From positions 62,001 to 126,000 of the forward strand of contig JAAOMT010000776.1 of assembly GCA_016748015.1 (NCBI GenBank): DNA of 64,000 nucleotides. Reading direction: 5' to 3'. Below are positions 1-10,440 of the stretch, in pieces. Numbering within the stretch: the stretch's first letter is position 1; each line of letters begins with the position of its first letter. The notes beneath the pieces were generated by a model. It was given only the letters and a program-made list of their open reading frames with translations, was not told the DNA's origin and searched no databases. The stretch comes from Geosiphon pyriformis uo1. Taxonomy: Eukaryota; Fungi; Glomeromycota. The translations under genes and the position numbers were made by a program.

Positions 1-385
1 AAATTGTTTTTTTCATGAATTTTATATCCTCTATAATTTCTCTAAGGTAACTATAGAGTTTTAATTGCTTTCCATATGACAAATTTTTGTCTATGGGCAA
101 AATTTCTTGGATTGTTTTTCCAATTGTGCTAGAAGATAAGAGTATAGCTGCTGTTATATTTTCTAACAGATATTTATCTATTTTGCTATCAATTTTTTCC
201 TTTTTGGTAGTGGTTTTCTTTGGTCTAATAACAGTATGTGTTTTACTGTTATCAGTTATGGTAGTTTGTTTTCCAATAGTTAAAGTAGCATTTAGATAGT
301 TTTTGATCCAATACTTATGAAGAGTATAGAAGACATTTTGAATGTTTTAATCCAGAAAATAATTGTTTATGTTGATTGAAGATAC
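1..385 (-). pseudogene. Element A ORF3 (unknown protein downstream of pol, truncated by the window edge)
   Basis: Nearly open frame after the pol stop: ...NIQNVFYTLHKYWIKNYLNATLTIGKQTTITD...KQLKLYSYLREIIEDIK. Same position as ORF3 in B, D and E. Confidence 0.55.
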
Positions 386-411
386 CTTTGTTTTGAGAAT
401 AATGCATTTAT

Positions 412-3400
412 TTATACTTGATTTTTGCTGATCATTTGGGTTGGTATTACCACAACAAACAAACAATCAGGTCGTTTATAATATTTCTTGAGTCATGTAC
501 TATAAACAAAATGATTATTGAAGATTGTTCTGGATTGATCTTGAAGAATATAAAAACCATTGTTCAAAACTTTGTTGACTATAAAGGATCTTTTTCACTG
601 GCTAGAGAATTTATCACCATAGACATTGTTTTTGTCTGAATGGTATTCTAATACCAAGTCACCAATACTTAAAAAAAGTGTTTTATAGGTTTTCTTTTCT
701 TAAGCTTTTCTTGGAATTGTTTTATCTTTTCAAAAACAATTATTTGTGCTTTTACCAAGAAGTCAAGAATAGTACTAAGTCTTTTTTGCAAAATATCTTT
801 GTAATTTCTTCAAAAAATATTGTCTCAATATCAGTTTCTATTGGTAGTATTGCCATATGTCTATAGAGCAGATAAAAAGGTTCATAACTTGTTATGTCAT
901 AATTCACAATTCTATAAGCAAACAAAGCTGAAAGCAGTATTTTGTTTCATAAATTTGTTTCTTTACTGGTTTTGGTTAAGGTTTTACATAGTATTCTATT
1001 GAAATGTTCTACTAAGCTATTTGTTTGAAAATGGTAAAAAAAAAAGTTTATAACATATTCTCATTTTTCTACAAAGTTCTTTAACCAGTGTACTGAGAAA
1101 AGCTCTTTCTCTATTAGATAAAAGTTTTTTGAAGCAGCCATAATGGCAGATGATATTTTCATAAATAAAATTGGCTATTGAGACTGCTGTTTAATCTGGA
1201 GTGGTTCTTGTTTCTACTCACTTTGTAAGATAATTGGTAGCTGTGATAATATATCTGTTACTATTAGAAGTTATTGTTAAAGGTCCAAAAACATCTATAC
1301 CAATTCTGTTAAATAGTTGACCAACAAAGATTGGATGGATATCTTTTTTGTAATTGGGTTTGCCTTTTCTTTGGCAAATATCACAGGTTCTAATATATTC
1401 AGCAATATTCTTTCTTAAGATAGGCCAATAATAGCAAGCTAAAGTTTTCTGAATTGTTTTTGTTTTTCCAAAGTGTCTAGCTAATAAGTTAGTGTGCATG
1501 TTGTATATTACAATTTCTCTTTTTTCAAATCTGATGACTCTCTGGGAGTGGTCAAAATCTTTTCTGTTTCTTTTATATAATTGGTTCTGGCAGATCAAAT
1601 AAAAATTTGAATGTTTGTACAAATATTTTCTTTGCTGTCAAGTGTATTCTGATGAGTATTGTTCTTTATCCAAAAATTTCATTAAGACAGAGTAGTTGTC
1701 CAAGTTTATTATTGTGTTTGTCAAAAAAGAGAGTTACTAATAATTAAAGTGGGTTGGTTTGAAAAGCTTGTACTGTTACTGGATGGTAAATCTAAAGAAA
1801 GTGTTGGCATTTTGATGATTTGCTCCTTTGCAGTATTGAATATCATAGTCAAATTCATTCAAGTGGAGTATCCAGCAAGTTATTTATTTGTGTTCCAGCT
1901 TTTTTTTATTGCACAGCCAAACTAAGACTTGATAATCTATTACCATTAAAAATTTCACACCAAAAAAATATTGATCCCAGTAATTAGTAGTTCAAATTAC
2001 TACTAAACATTCTTGTTCAGTTACTAAATAATTCTTTTCTGCTGGTGTGAGAAATCTACTGATATATGCTATGACATGTTTTCTGTTATTTTTATCTTTT
2101 TGTAAAAAGACAGCACCAAGTCTATAGCCAAATACATTAGTATGGAGAATGAAAGATTAGTCCAGATTAAGTTGCTTGAAAATTGGTTCAGTAACAAGTT
2201 TTTTCTTCAGAATTTCAAAAGCTTTTTGTTGATAAGTGCCCCAGTAATAATTAACATTTTTCTTAAGTAGTTGATTGAAAGAAAAAGCAATTTTGGAGAA
2301 ATCCTTAATAAATTTGTAATAGTAAAAAGCCAAACCAAGAAAAGAGCATAGTTCAAGAACATTTATTAGTTGTCAAATGTTTTGAACTTTTTTAACTTTA
2401 GCTAAATCAGAGAAGATTCTATTTTTTATAATAAGATAACCAAAAAACTAAGTGAATTGGTCTAAAGAAAAATTTAATTGAATTGATCTTAAGACCAATA
2501 TTTCTGAACAGGTCAAAAACCTTCTGCAAATGTTTAAGGTGTTCATTTCAAATTTTTGAGTAGATCATTATGTCATCTAATTAGACCAGAACAAATTTTT
2601 TTTACTGATTCAAATGCTTTGTTCATTAGGCATTAAAAAGTGGGAGAAACATTGGTAAAACCAAAAGGCATGACTGTAAATTCATAGATGCCATATTTGG
2701 TAATAAAAGCAGTTTTCTTTCTGCTTTCTGGATCTATCTCTACTTGCCAGAATCTAGCAGTTAAGTTAATAGTTGAAAAAAAAGCAGCACCATTGAATTT
2801 ATCTAGCATTGTATTAATTTTGGGGAGTAGGTACATGTTTTTTATAGTGATAACATTTAATTGGTAGTAGTTAATACAAAAGCATAAGGTTCCATCTTTT
2901 TTGGATATTACTACAACTGGAAAAACCCATTCACTTTTGGTTTCTTGTATAAATCTAAGATTTTTCATTCAAGTTATTTCTTTCTTGATAAACTTATCAT
3001 TGTATTAATTGAATTGATAAGGCTTTAAATAGATGGAGTAAGTTTTTTTGATAGTAATGGTGTGTTGTATTACATGGATTCATTCAAGAATGTCACTTTT
3101 TTTTGAGATAACTGGGCTATTTCTAGCCAACAAGTTTTCAATGTCCACTTTTTTTTCTTTAGAGAAAAGTTCTTTTTGTTTTACAACTAGTGATTAGATT
3201 TCAAGTGGTTTATTCTCAAAAGACTTCTGTACTTTTTTTAGTTTTTCTCTGGATATTAAACTAATTGGCTCCCAATCTTTATAATAGATCAAACAAAACT
3301 TGCATTTATTATTAAAAGAATACAAAGATTTATCACACTAGCACCTGACACAAGGGCCATGCCACCAATAACTGTATTTTGCTTTCTTACCAGATTTTTT

Positions 3401-4465
3401 ATTAAAGATTTTTCTAAGAATATTATAGTAGGGCCAGCAGATCAGCTTGCCATTTATCATGATTTCTTTTTTGTTAGCTTTAACATTGTCCAGTGGCTTG
3501 CCATTGCTGATGAAAATAGTATAAACAAGTTTAGCAGTTTCTTCTTGTTCTTCTTGATCTTCTTCTTTATTACTCTTATCATCATCTAATTCATCTGATT
3601 ATTCTTCTTCTTGGTTTTGCTTAAGTACTAGAGGAGTGATCCAATGATAATACTTAACTACAATGAGCTTTTTACTACATCTGATGGTTAGTTCACAAAA
3701 TTTATAGTCAAGTAATGCTTTCACTTTTTTAGGCCATTTATTGCTAACAATTATTGTGTATTTCTTGGCTTCAGATATTTCCATGTCAGTTTTAATGCTA
3801 ATACTATTAATACAAACAAAAACAGCTTTGGCTATGCTCAGACCTTTCTTCTTGTTATTATATATATTGGTTATTGGTCAAATAGAAAGCTTATCAATCT
3901 TTCTGCCAATCACTTTAAGAAAGTGTTTGGCAATTACACTAACAGATAATCCACTGTCTAGAATCAGATCAATGAAATAACCAGCCACTTGGGCTTTACA
4001 AATTAGAGGAGTGATATTGCTGTTATCAGTAAATTCAGCTTGACAAGAACATTTGTTAGTCTTTAGTGTTTTCTTCTTTGGTATCAATAATTTGTGAAAA
4101 TTTTTTCTGAACTGTGAATGAGTCAATAGTTAGCCAAATGTAATGTGTACTGAGGTTTCCATGAGATCTTTAATAACAAAATAGAGGCCAGATTTTTGTA
4201 CTATTTCTGAGGGTTTTAACTTTAGAGAATTTTTAAAAACTTTAGCCTTTAGTGACTTATTGTTATTAACAGTTAACTTAGATGCTTTGTTTGAGTCTAG
4301 AATGAAATCAACTTTGGCTTTTTTTTTCTTTCTTGTTGATTCAAAGGTGTTGATTGCTAGTTCATCCATGTCATGATCATCATTAGTTAGGTTAAAAGCA
4401 TAAAAAAGGTTTTCTTCTGATTAACTTGCACTTTTATCTTTTGGAGATGCACCTACCAGTTTAAA
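412..4465 (-). pseudogene. pol: Element A pol (protease, Cys-rich linker, RT, RNase H, integrase), in the -1 frame relative to gag; many stops
   Basis: ORFs 3878-4126 (IDLILDSGLSVSVI), 2633-2968 (KTAFITKYGIYEFTVMPFG) and 1218-1622 (H..H..CDIC; RIGIDVFGPL). LDD near 2575. Confidence 0.92.
4425..4465 (-). promoter_or_regulatory. Putative -1 ribosomal frameshift signal (T TTA AAC heptamer at 4465-4459 plus downstream stem-loop)
   Basis: Gag frame reads CAG CCT TTA AAC TGG TAG. The -1 frame is in register with ORF 4130-4369 and the protease. Confidence 0.75.
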
Positions 4466-6009
4466 GGCTGATAAACAGTGGCTTCAACTAAGAAATCCTC
4501 TCCAAAAAAATTGATGTTGGCATAATTGGATCTTTGATTGGAAACATTGTTGTTGATAATTTTGTTGTTTTAATTATTATTGTTTTTAAGAACTGAAAAA
4601 GGCAATGGAGGATTGTTGCAATCTTTGAAAAAGTGCCCAGTTAATCCACAGTGATAACATACAAATGAGCCATGATTTTGTTGTCTTTGATAAGAGAATT
4701 GTTGGAGTTGATTAAAATGGGGTTCATATCTGGGTCTTTGGAGTTGTTGATTCTCTCTAACTGCTTGAGCTAAGGGTTCTAATAGCCAGACAAAATTGGC
4801 TGTAAGTCTATCTATCAATTGTTCATTGGAATCTGGAGTTTGGGCAACAAAAAAAGTGGCAGCCATTTGAGGAGCAGAAGTCATAACAGAAACAGAAGCA
4901 AAAACTGGAAATGTAGATTCCAAATGCATTTTTTGATTGTCTTTAATTCGTTGGGCTAGTTTAATGACCATATCCATTGTAAAATGGTTTTTCAAAGCCA
5001 GGAGAGACCAAAAAACATATGAGAGATCAGTTCTCAATCCTTTTGTAAAGGAATGAATTTTCTGTTTTTCTGTTTTTCTGTCCAGTTTCTTCTAAAGTTT
5101 ATTTGTTTAATTAGTTTTCTAATAACTTTAGCATATTTAGTCACAACTTCACCAGAGCCTTGAATTTTTTTTTCTAATTCCATATGCCATTTTGAGATTA
5201 AAATAGGAGTTCTAAATTTAGTTTCAAACTGGATTGTGAAAGAGGTGTTTTCTTCTCCAGCATTTGTTGGTGCCTATTTAATAATTTTTTGGTAAACACC
5301 AGCATTGGTTTTTTGTGAAAACCAAGTAGCAAGAAAGCCTTGGAGGTAGCCACCAATAATTTGAAACTTGTATTCATTATTGGTTGGCTGTAGCAGCTCT
5401 TTCAAAGTCATCTAATCATTCAATTAGATCTTGTACATTACTTCTGAATAAAGGTAATAAAGTGTTATTTCTTCGCCCTAAAACAGTTTGTATGCTCTAG
5501 AGGACAATCAGAATGTTTTGTTGCATGAGGTCATTAGCCATTAGTTCAAAAATAACTGTTTGTATGAAATGTTTTGATTTACTTGAGAAGAGATTAAAAA
5601 CAGAAGCAGTTTGATAGCTTTCTTCTTCTGTTTCAAAGAGTGTTTCAGCTAGTTGATAAGCAGCAATCCAAATGTGAATCTGGTAATTTAGATATTCAGA
5701 ATCAAGAGGCTGTTGTTTAAATGTTATGGAATATAAAAGCTGATTGATGCTATTGTTTCTTTCTTTAAAGTTGTCTTCAAAATAAGCTTGGTCAAAGTAA
5801 TAAGTTGTGTAAACTGTATAGGCTTCAGCTAAATGCTCATTCAGGAACCAGTTCCAAAAGTCTTGGAATTGTTTACTGAATTGTTCTTCAATAAGGAAGC
5901 AAATTAAGCAGAAGAGCAAAGGATTGAGTTCAATAAAGTCTAGATTGTTTTTGTTATGTGCTTCAAAGTATTCTTCTGATTGTTGTGGCAGATATGAATA
6001 ATCACCCAT
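4453..6009 (-). pseudogene. gag: Element A gag (zinc knuckle CYHCGLTGHFFKDC at 4618-4659)
   Basis: ORFs 5497-6009 and 4570-5037. ATG lies 30 nt after the PBS; TAG stop at 4453-4455. Confidence 0.88.
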
Positions 6010-6038
6010 ACAATAAGAAACAAAGTAGATTTTGACAA

Positions 6039-6055
6039 CTTCACAGAAAGCACCA
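6039..6055 (-). promoter_or_regulatory. Primer binding site of element A (TGGTGCTTTCTGTGAAG)
   Basis: TGG-initiated sequence just inside the LTR; same consensus as the PBS of B, C and E. Confidence 0.85.
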
Positions 6056-6061
6056 CTTTTA

Positions 6062-6704
6062 TGTTATGAGTTGGAGTAACAAGCTAACAGATAGCAAAAG
6101 AGAACAAGATTATAGGGTGATGAAAAAAATCAAAGAGAATTTAACTTTAAAGAGTGAATTGAATAAGTATAGATTTAATATGCAAGATTAGTCTCATAAA
6201 ATATCTTAGTTACTATAATTTTCAAAAGATAACCAGAAAATCTGAAAGTAGAGGGATAGTCTGTACTGTCAACAAATAATTACACACTGGTATAATTCTA
6301 TGCCTTATGTCAGCACTCTTAAAATTAAATATCAGATATCAGATATATTCTTTAGTCATGTTTTATTCAATAATCTTTAAATGCTGCAATTACATGTTTT
6401 AGAAAAAAAGTAGAAAACAACTAACAAGTAATCTTTTATCTTAAAATGTTCAGATATTTGAAGATAGAGAAAGAGAAATTAGTGATAAGAGAATAATTGA
6501 AATGAAAGTTGTTATTTTATTTATTTTCTTTTTTTAATTCTTACATGTTTTTCTATAGCTAAGAGATTTATTACTTATATAGCTATCAAAAGTGGTCAAT
6601 AATCAAGTCAATGATTACTTTTTAAAAATATAGTAACTAATTATATAACATCAGTGGCTAATACATATGATAATTAATAAGAAGTATAGGTTTCAATTGT
6701 AACA
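6062..6704 (-). repeat. 5' LTR of element A
   Basis: TGTTA...TAACA termini, adjacent to the PBS. The partner LTR is outside the window. Confidence 0.75.
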
Positions 6705-6922
6705 ATATTAATGAAACATATATTAATTTTAATGGAATTTAATCTTAAAAAAAAATATTATTATTCAATAATTAACAAAAATCAAAAATAATAACAATAT
6801 AATATATTAATCAATTATTAAATAACAATATAAATAGCACAAAACAACAAATAAAAATAAAAAAATATAATATATATATAATAATATATAAAACATATAC
6901 AAATATGTTCAATTTAACATAA

Positions 6923-7961
6923 TGTTATTTAAATAGAAAAGTCAATTCAAAAACTAGTAAAAAAATGTGGTTAAAATGTAATAAAAAAAATGTAATAATA
7001 TAAAATAATACATAATAATACATAATAATACATAATAATTCAGAATAATACAAGATAATACACAATAATATAAAATAACACAAAATAACTAGTTATAATA
7101 TAGGATAATCAGTTATAGTATAAAAAAACAAAATAATAATAGTAATAATAAATGATAGCTAATAATAACAAATAATTAAAAACAATCTTATAAAACTAAA
7201 AAATATGTATAAAAATAAGTAGTTATAGCAAAAAAAAAACAGATAAACAAGAATAAATCATTTTTTATTTTTTTTTATCTTTTTCATAAATTATTTCTAT
7301 CTATATCTTATATTTATATTATTTCAAATAAAAAAAATAATTAAAATCAAATTACTTATATTTAATTCTTAAATTTATATGTTTCAACTAAATTAATCAC
7401 TTTTTTTGTTTTAATTTTTGGCCAAATGCTTTTAGCATAATTACAGTAAAATCTTAATAACTTGAACTAATTGCTCTTAATAATAACAATTAACAATACT
7501 AATTTTTCTTTTTTCTTTTTTCTTTTTATTTTATTTTATTTTTTTATTTTATTTTTATTTATTTTATTTATTTTCTTGTAAAACAGCAATCTTAGAAAAT
7601 TGACTATCTAAAAATAGATTTTGTAATAGTTTGGTAAAAAAGAAAAGCTTTTTTTAGAATTAAATATTAATATTATCTTATTAACTTATTAAAAGAACAA
7701 AAAAACACCACCAAACTCTAATAGCTGTGCTTGACTAGCTCAAAAAAGATAGCTCATTTATATTAATCATAAACAGTCAAACCATTTTTCTGTGCTTTAT
7801 AACCAAAAAACTTCACAAATAAAATCACATTTATCACAGACTTTCAGAAACTGATAATACTAACACATTTTATGTGTTTATAAAAAACTCTTTAAAGTTC
7901 TTTTATTCGAATTTAGAGTATTAAACATTACTACTATACTCTACCAAGTTTACTTGTAATA
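6923..7961 (+). repeat. 5' LTR of element D
   Basis: Starts TGTTA, ends GTAATA (decayed GTAACA), followed by a PBS. The first ~240 bp align to 45613-45851; related to the C LTRs. Confidence 0.8.
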
Positions 7962-7963
7962 TT

Positions 7964-7980
7964 TGGTAATCTCTATAAAA
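7964..7980 (+). promoter_or_regulatory. Degenerate PBS of element D (TGGTAATCTCTATAAAA)
   Basis: Lies 2 nt after the LTR end; a decayed version of the TGGTGCTCTCTGTGAAG consensus. Confidence 0.65.
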
Positions 7981-7989
7981 TTATAAAAT

Positions 7990-8613
7990 TTACAGAAACA
8001 GAATACTCTAGAAATTTACAAAGTAGTAATTATTAGAACTATAAGAAAAGATTATATACTATTTAAAAAAGCATTATTTTAATATTTAAAGAAAACTTGG
8101 AAATACCAACAAAGATCACTATTGTTGAAAATAATTTTTGTTATTATGTACATGCTAGAATTAACTATTTATTAGGCCAAACAACTAATATAAAAAAATT
8201 TAAAAAACAAATCTATTTTTAACTACCAATTAGACAATAGTTGAGATTCTTCTTTTAATCAATAAAAAAATTAAGATACACATTCAAAAACAATATTCAC
8301 AAATAATAAGAAAGCAAATATTAAAACTTGACTTTAAAAAATTTGAATCAAACTTTAATAATAATAGTACATAAATTACACAAGAAAAAATTATATTCAT
8401 AGTTAATAAAAAATCAAGATTTCTTTTACCAATAATCTTCTTATATTATTAAACTTCTGAAAACAAAATCTTATTCAATCAATCTATTAAGCCACAAATA
8501 AAAACCCCAAAAACTTTTGAATATCTGTATTTTTGGGATTCTAATCAAAATATTTGGATTAAATTCTTAAGAAAATATGGAGTTATATTTAAAAATTTTA
8601 TTTTAATAACCAG
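7990..8613 (+). pseudogene. gag: Element D gag, N-terminal part (interrupted by element C)
   Basis: Degenerate translation (..DYTLFKKALF*Y..FFF*SIKKLR..) resembles the gag N-termini of B and E. Confidence 0.65.
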
Positions 8614-8959
8614 TGTTATGAATAAATTAGATGGAGTATGGCAGTAATATTTGGTATTTAAGATTTGGGTTTTTAGAAAGCTTTTGATGGTTTTTTTTTG
8701 GTAGGCTTATTTGATGTGTCAGTGTTATTAGTCTTTAAAGGTCTGTTGAATTGTTATGAATTTATTTATAGAATTTTTGGTTATAAGGCACAGAGAGATG
8801 TTTTGTAGTGTTATAACTTTTTGTATACGAATATAAGCTATTTTTTCCGAGCTAATGAGTGCAATCATTAGGATTTGGCAGTATTTTTTTACCCTTCTGG
8901 TAAGCTACCAAGATAATATTAATATTTAAACTTAAGAGGAGCTTTCCTCTTTTACCAGA
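8614..8959 (-). repeat. 3' LTR of C, first part (split by element B)
   Basis: Aligns to 20759-21085. Confidence 0.9.
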
Positions 8960-9732
8960 TGTTATAGGTAATTATTTGGGGTCTCAAATCAAATAACAAA
9001 CCCATAACTTGGTGCTTAATAGCTGATATAATTAGTATTATTTAAAAGTTTTGGTATTTGAAGGTTTTTAATTTGAGTTTTTTGTATAATAAACAGAAAT
9101 TTAAGTGTTGTTTTATCTATAGCTTTTCAGAATTGTGATTTTGTTAAATTTCTTTCTTCAATGTGGTAGTTGGTTTATTCTGGTAGTCATGCTCTTCTGA
9201 TAAGCTATCTGTTAATTATATATATTATTTTATCCTTATTTCTGGGTCTTCTATTAGACTATTCATAATGTTAATTATTCAGCACTTATTCCCTTAATTA
9301 ATTATTACACAACAAAAGAAAGTAAAAAAAAAATAAAAGATAAAAAAATAAGCCAAGACAATAAAGAGTTAGTATTTTGTTAATAGCCATGATCAAGAGC
9401 TATTGTTCCAGTGTGATTAAATATCAGATACTATCAACATATAGTGTTGATAGTAAGGAGAGTAATTTGAATAGTAAATAGTTATTTTATTGATATTGAT
9501 GATTCTAACTAAGATGTTTTCTTTGAATAAGGAAATTTTAATATTAATTCTGTCTTTTTTACTTTTAATACTTTTGTTATATATACATAATTTAGGTTCT
9601 ATAAGATTGCTTACATTTCTGAGCAATGTGCTATGATTTTTTAAGCAATATGCTTATATGTTAACTACTATTCTTTTATTGGTCTATCTGTTTTTCCTAC
9701 TATTTTTTTGTATGTTTTTTCTATAAGTAATA
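8960..9732 (-). repeat. 3' LTR of element B
   Basis: Direct repeat of 17900-18756; differences are mostly transitions plus one ~84-bp indel. Confidence 0.95.
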
Positions 9733-9747
9733 TTATCTTCTCCTTTT
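9733..9747 (-). promoter_or_regulatory. Polypurine tract of B (AAAAGGAGAAGATAA)
   Basis: Purine run immediately 5' of the 3' LTR on the minus strand. Confidence 0.85.
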
Positions 9748-10407
9748 AATATTAAGCTCTATCAAAATCTTTATTTTGAATTAGTTTCATTACTTTTCTT
9801 TTTAGTACTGTTTGTTCAACTTTGGTTCTTATATTTTCGATTTATGCATTATTTATTCTTCCCTATTGGTTAATAGTTATTGTTTTTATATTGGGATATA
9901 GCAATATTTCTAAATAGTTTTGAAATATTGTGTATAGTTAATAGATTTTTCTAATATGTAGTGTCAAATTTGTTTTCTTTTCAATAATGTTTTCAATGTT
10001 CCATATTATCTCTGGATTAAATATTCTTTTAGATTTGTTTAGATATAATTTTCGAATATTTGATTTTTGTCCCAATTAATAATAACAGTATGATATTGAA
10101 AGTTGTTCCATTTACTAATTCCAATTTTTTTTGTGAGTTCCTCAGTTAGAACCATGATGGGTATTTTTTCAAAAGTGCTTTTTACTTTTTCTACTATTTT
10201 ATTTGACCAGTTTTTTGTTTGGTTCTGTGGTCACTAATATGGTGTATTTTTTGCTTTTTTTTTCTGTTTGGTGTTTTAATAGCAGATTTTTTTGTGGTTA
10301 ACAACAATTTCTATGTCCAATTGTTGTTAGTTTAAGGCTTAGAATAATTGTTGAGCTAAGGTGTAAATATGGTCTGATATTTCCATTTTCTTTGGTTCTT
10401 TTGTCAT
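9746..10407 (-). pseudogene. Element B ORF3 (unknown protein of about 220 aa between pol and the PPT)
   Basis: Begins MTKEPKKMEISDHIYTLAQQLF. Homologous to ORF3 of D and E; stops just before the PPT. Confidence 0.7.
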
Positions 10408-10440
10408 GTATACTGTGTCCTTATATACTCTTTTGGTCAA

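Larger units (their letters stand above)
1..6704 (-). mobile_element. Ty3/Gypsy LTR retrotransposon A (degenerate; 3' end runs off the window start)
   Basis: Minus-strand order is LTR, PBS, gag (CCHC knuckle), protease (LILDSG), RT, RNase H, integrase (HHCC), then an extra ORF. Integrase after RT/RH is the Gypsy order. Confidence 0.93.

Noticed and set aside
87-1002. Short hydrophobic ORFs in the track (e.g. 87-299, 10473-10754, 19147-19425, 26271-26489, 26835-27098) as membrane proteins
   Set aside because: Most are antisense shadows of A-rich retroelement coding strands, and 19147-19425 lies in an LTR. T-richness yields Phe/Leu/Ile by chance.
9746-10407. ORF3 as an envelope glycoprotein
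   Set aside because: Too short and hydrophilic; no signal peptide, fusion peptide or transmembrane anchor visible.
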